From: Podarcis bocagei
Lineage: Eukaryota
DNA: 64,000 bases
Strand: one strand, 5' to 3'
NCBI GenBank assembly: GCA_964188305.1
Contig: OZ076893.1
In this document: in pieces, positions 63,910 to 64,000 of the stretch
How positions within the stretch are numbered: the stretch's first letter is position 1
Layout of the letters: every line of letters begins with the position of its first letter
Program-made: the position numbers and the translations under genes
Notes under the pieces: model-generated
Database searches by the model: none
What the model was told of the DNA's origin: nothing
The model's input: the letters and a program-made list of their open reading frames with translations, nothing else

Positions 63910-64000
63910 ACCTGACTGGCCACTAATAAACAGAAAATGCTAGCTTAAGGTGGATTTTTTTTTGGTCAAAATCAGTAATACAGTCTTACATTTTAAAAGA

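Noticed and set aside
1-64000. CRISPR array, operon, defence system or endogenous viral gene
   Set aside because: The sequence is eukaryotic and repeat-rich; there is no repeat-spacer periodicity, and no gag/pol/env or viral motif in any ORF.

Overview
This is vertebrate nuclear DNA from a squamate reptile, probably a lacertid lizard, judging from Sauria SINEs and Squam2/Squam3-like SINEs. It reads as intronic or intergenic. I could not recognise any host protein-coding exon, rRNA, functional tRNA or CRISPR array, and almost all ORFs in the track are spurious or transposon-derived. The window is a dense record of mobile elements: CR1, L1, L2 and BovB retroelements, tRNA-derived SINEs, hAT, Tigger-like and palindromic MITEs, a probable solo LTR, several nested insertions with readable target-site duplications (TSDs), and two assembly gaps. 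The best candidate for something new is a 1.43-kb non-autonomous hAT element (54981-56409) with perfect 15-bp TIRs and a perfect 8-bp TSD. Its interior looks like a captured CpG-island bidirectional promoter plus a first coding exon and intron start, i.e. a Pack-hAT-like gene-fragment capture. Other highlights are a full-length 2.2-kb L1-dependent element lacking reverse transcriptase (45173-47363), an inverted Penelope-like repeat pair with degenerate hammerhead ribozyme cores (50145-50412), and a Bov-A-like bipartite BovB derivative (58464-58777). Family names come from motif recognition, not database searches.
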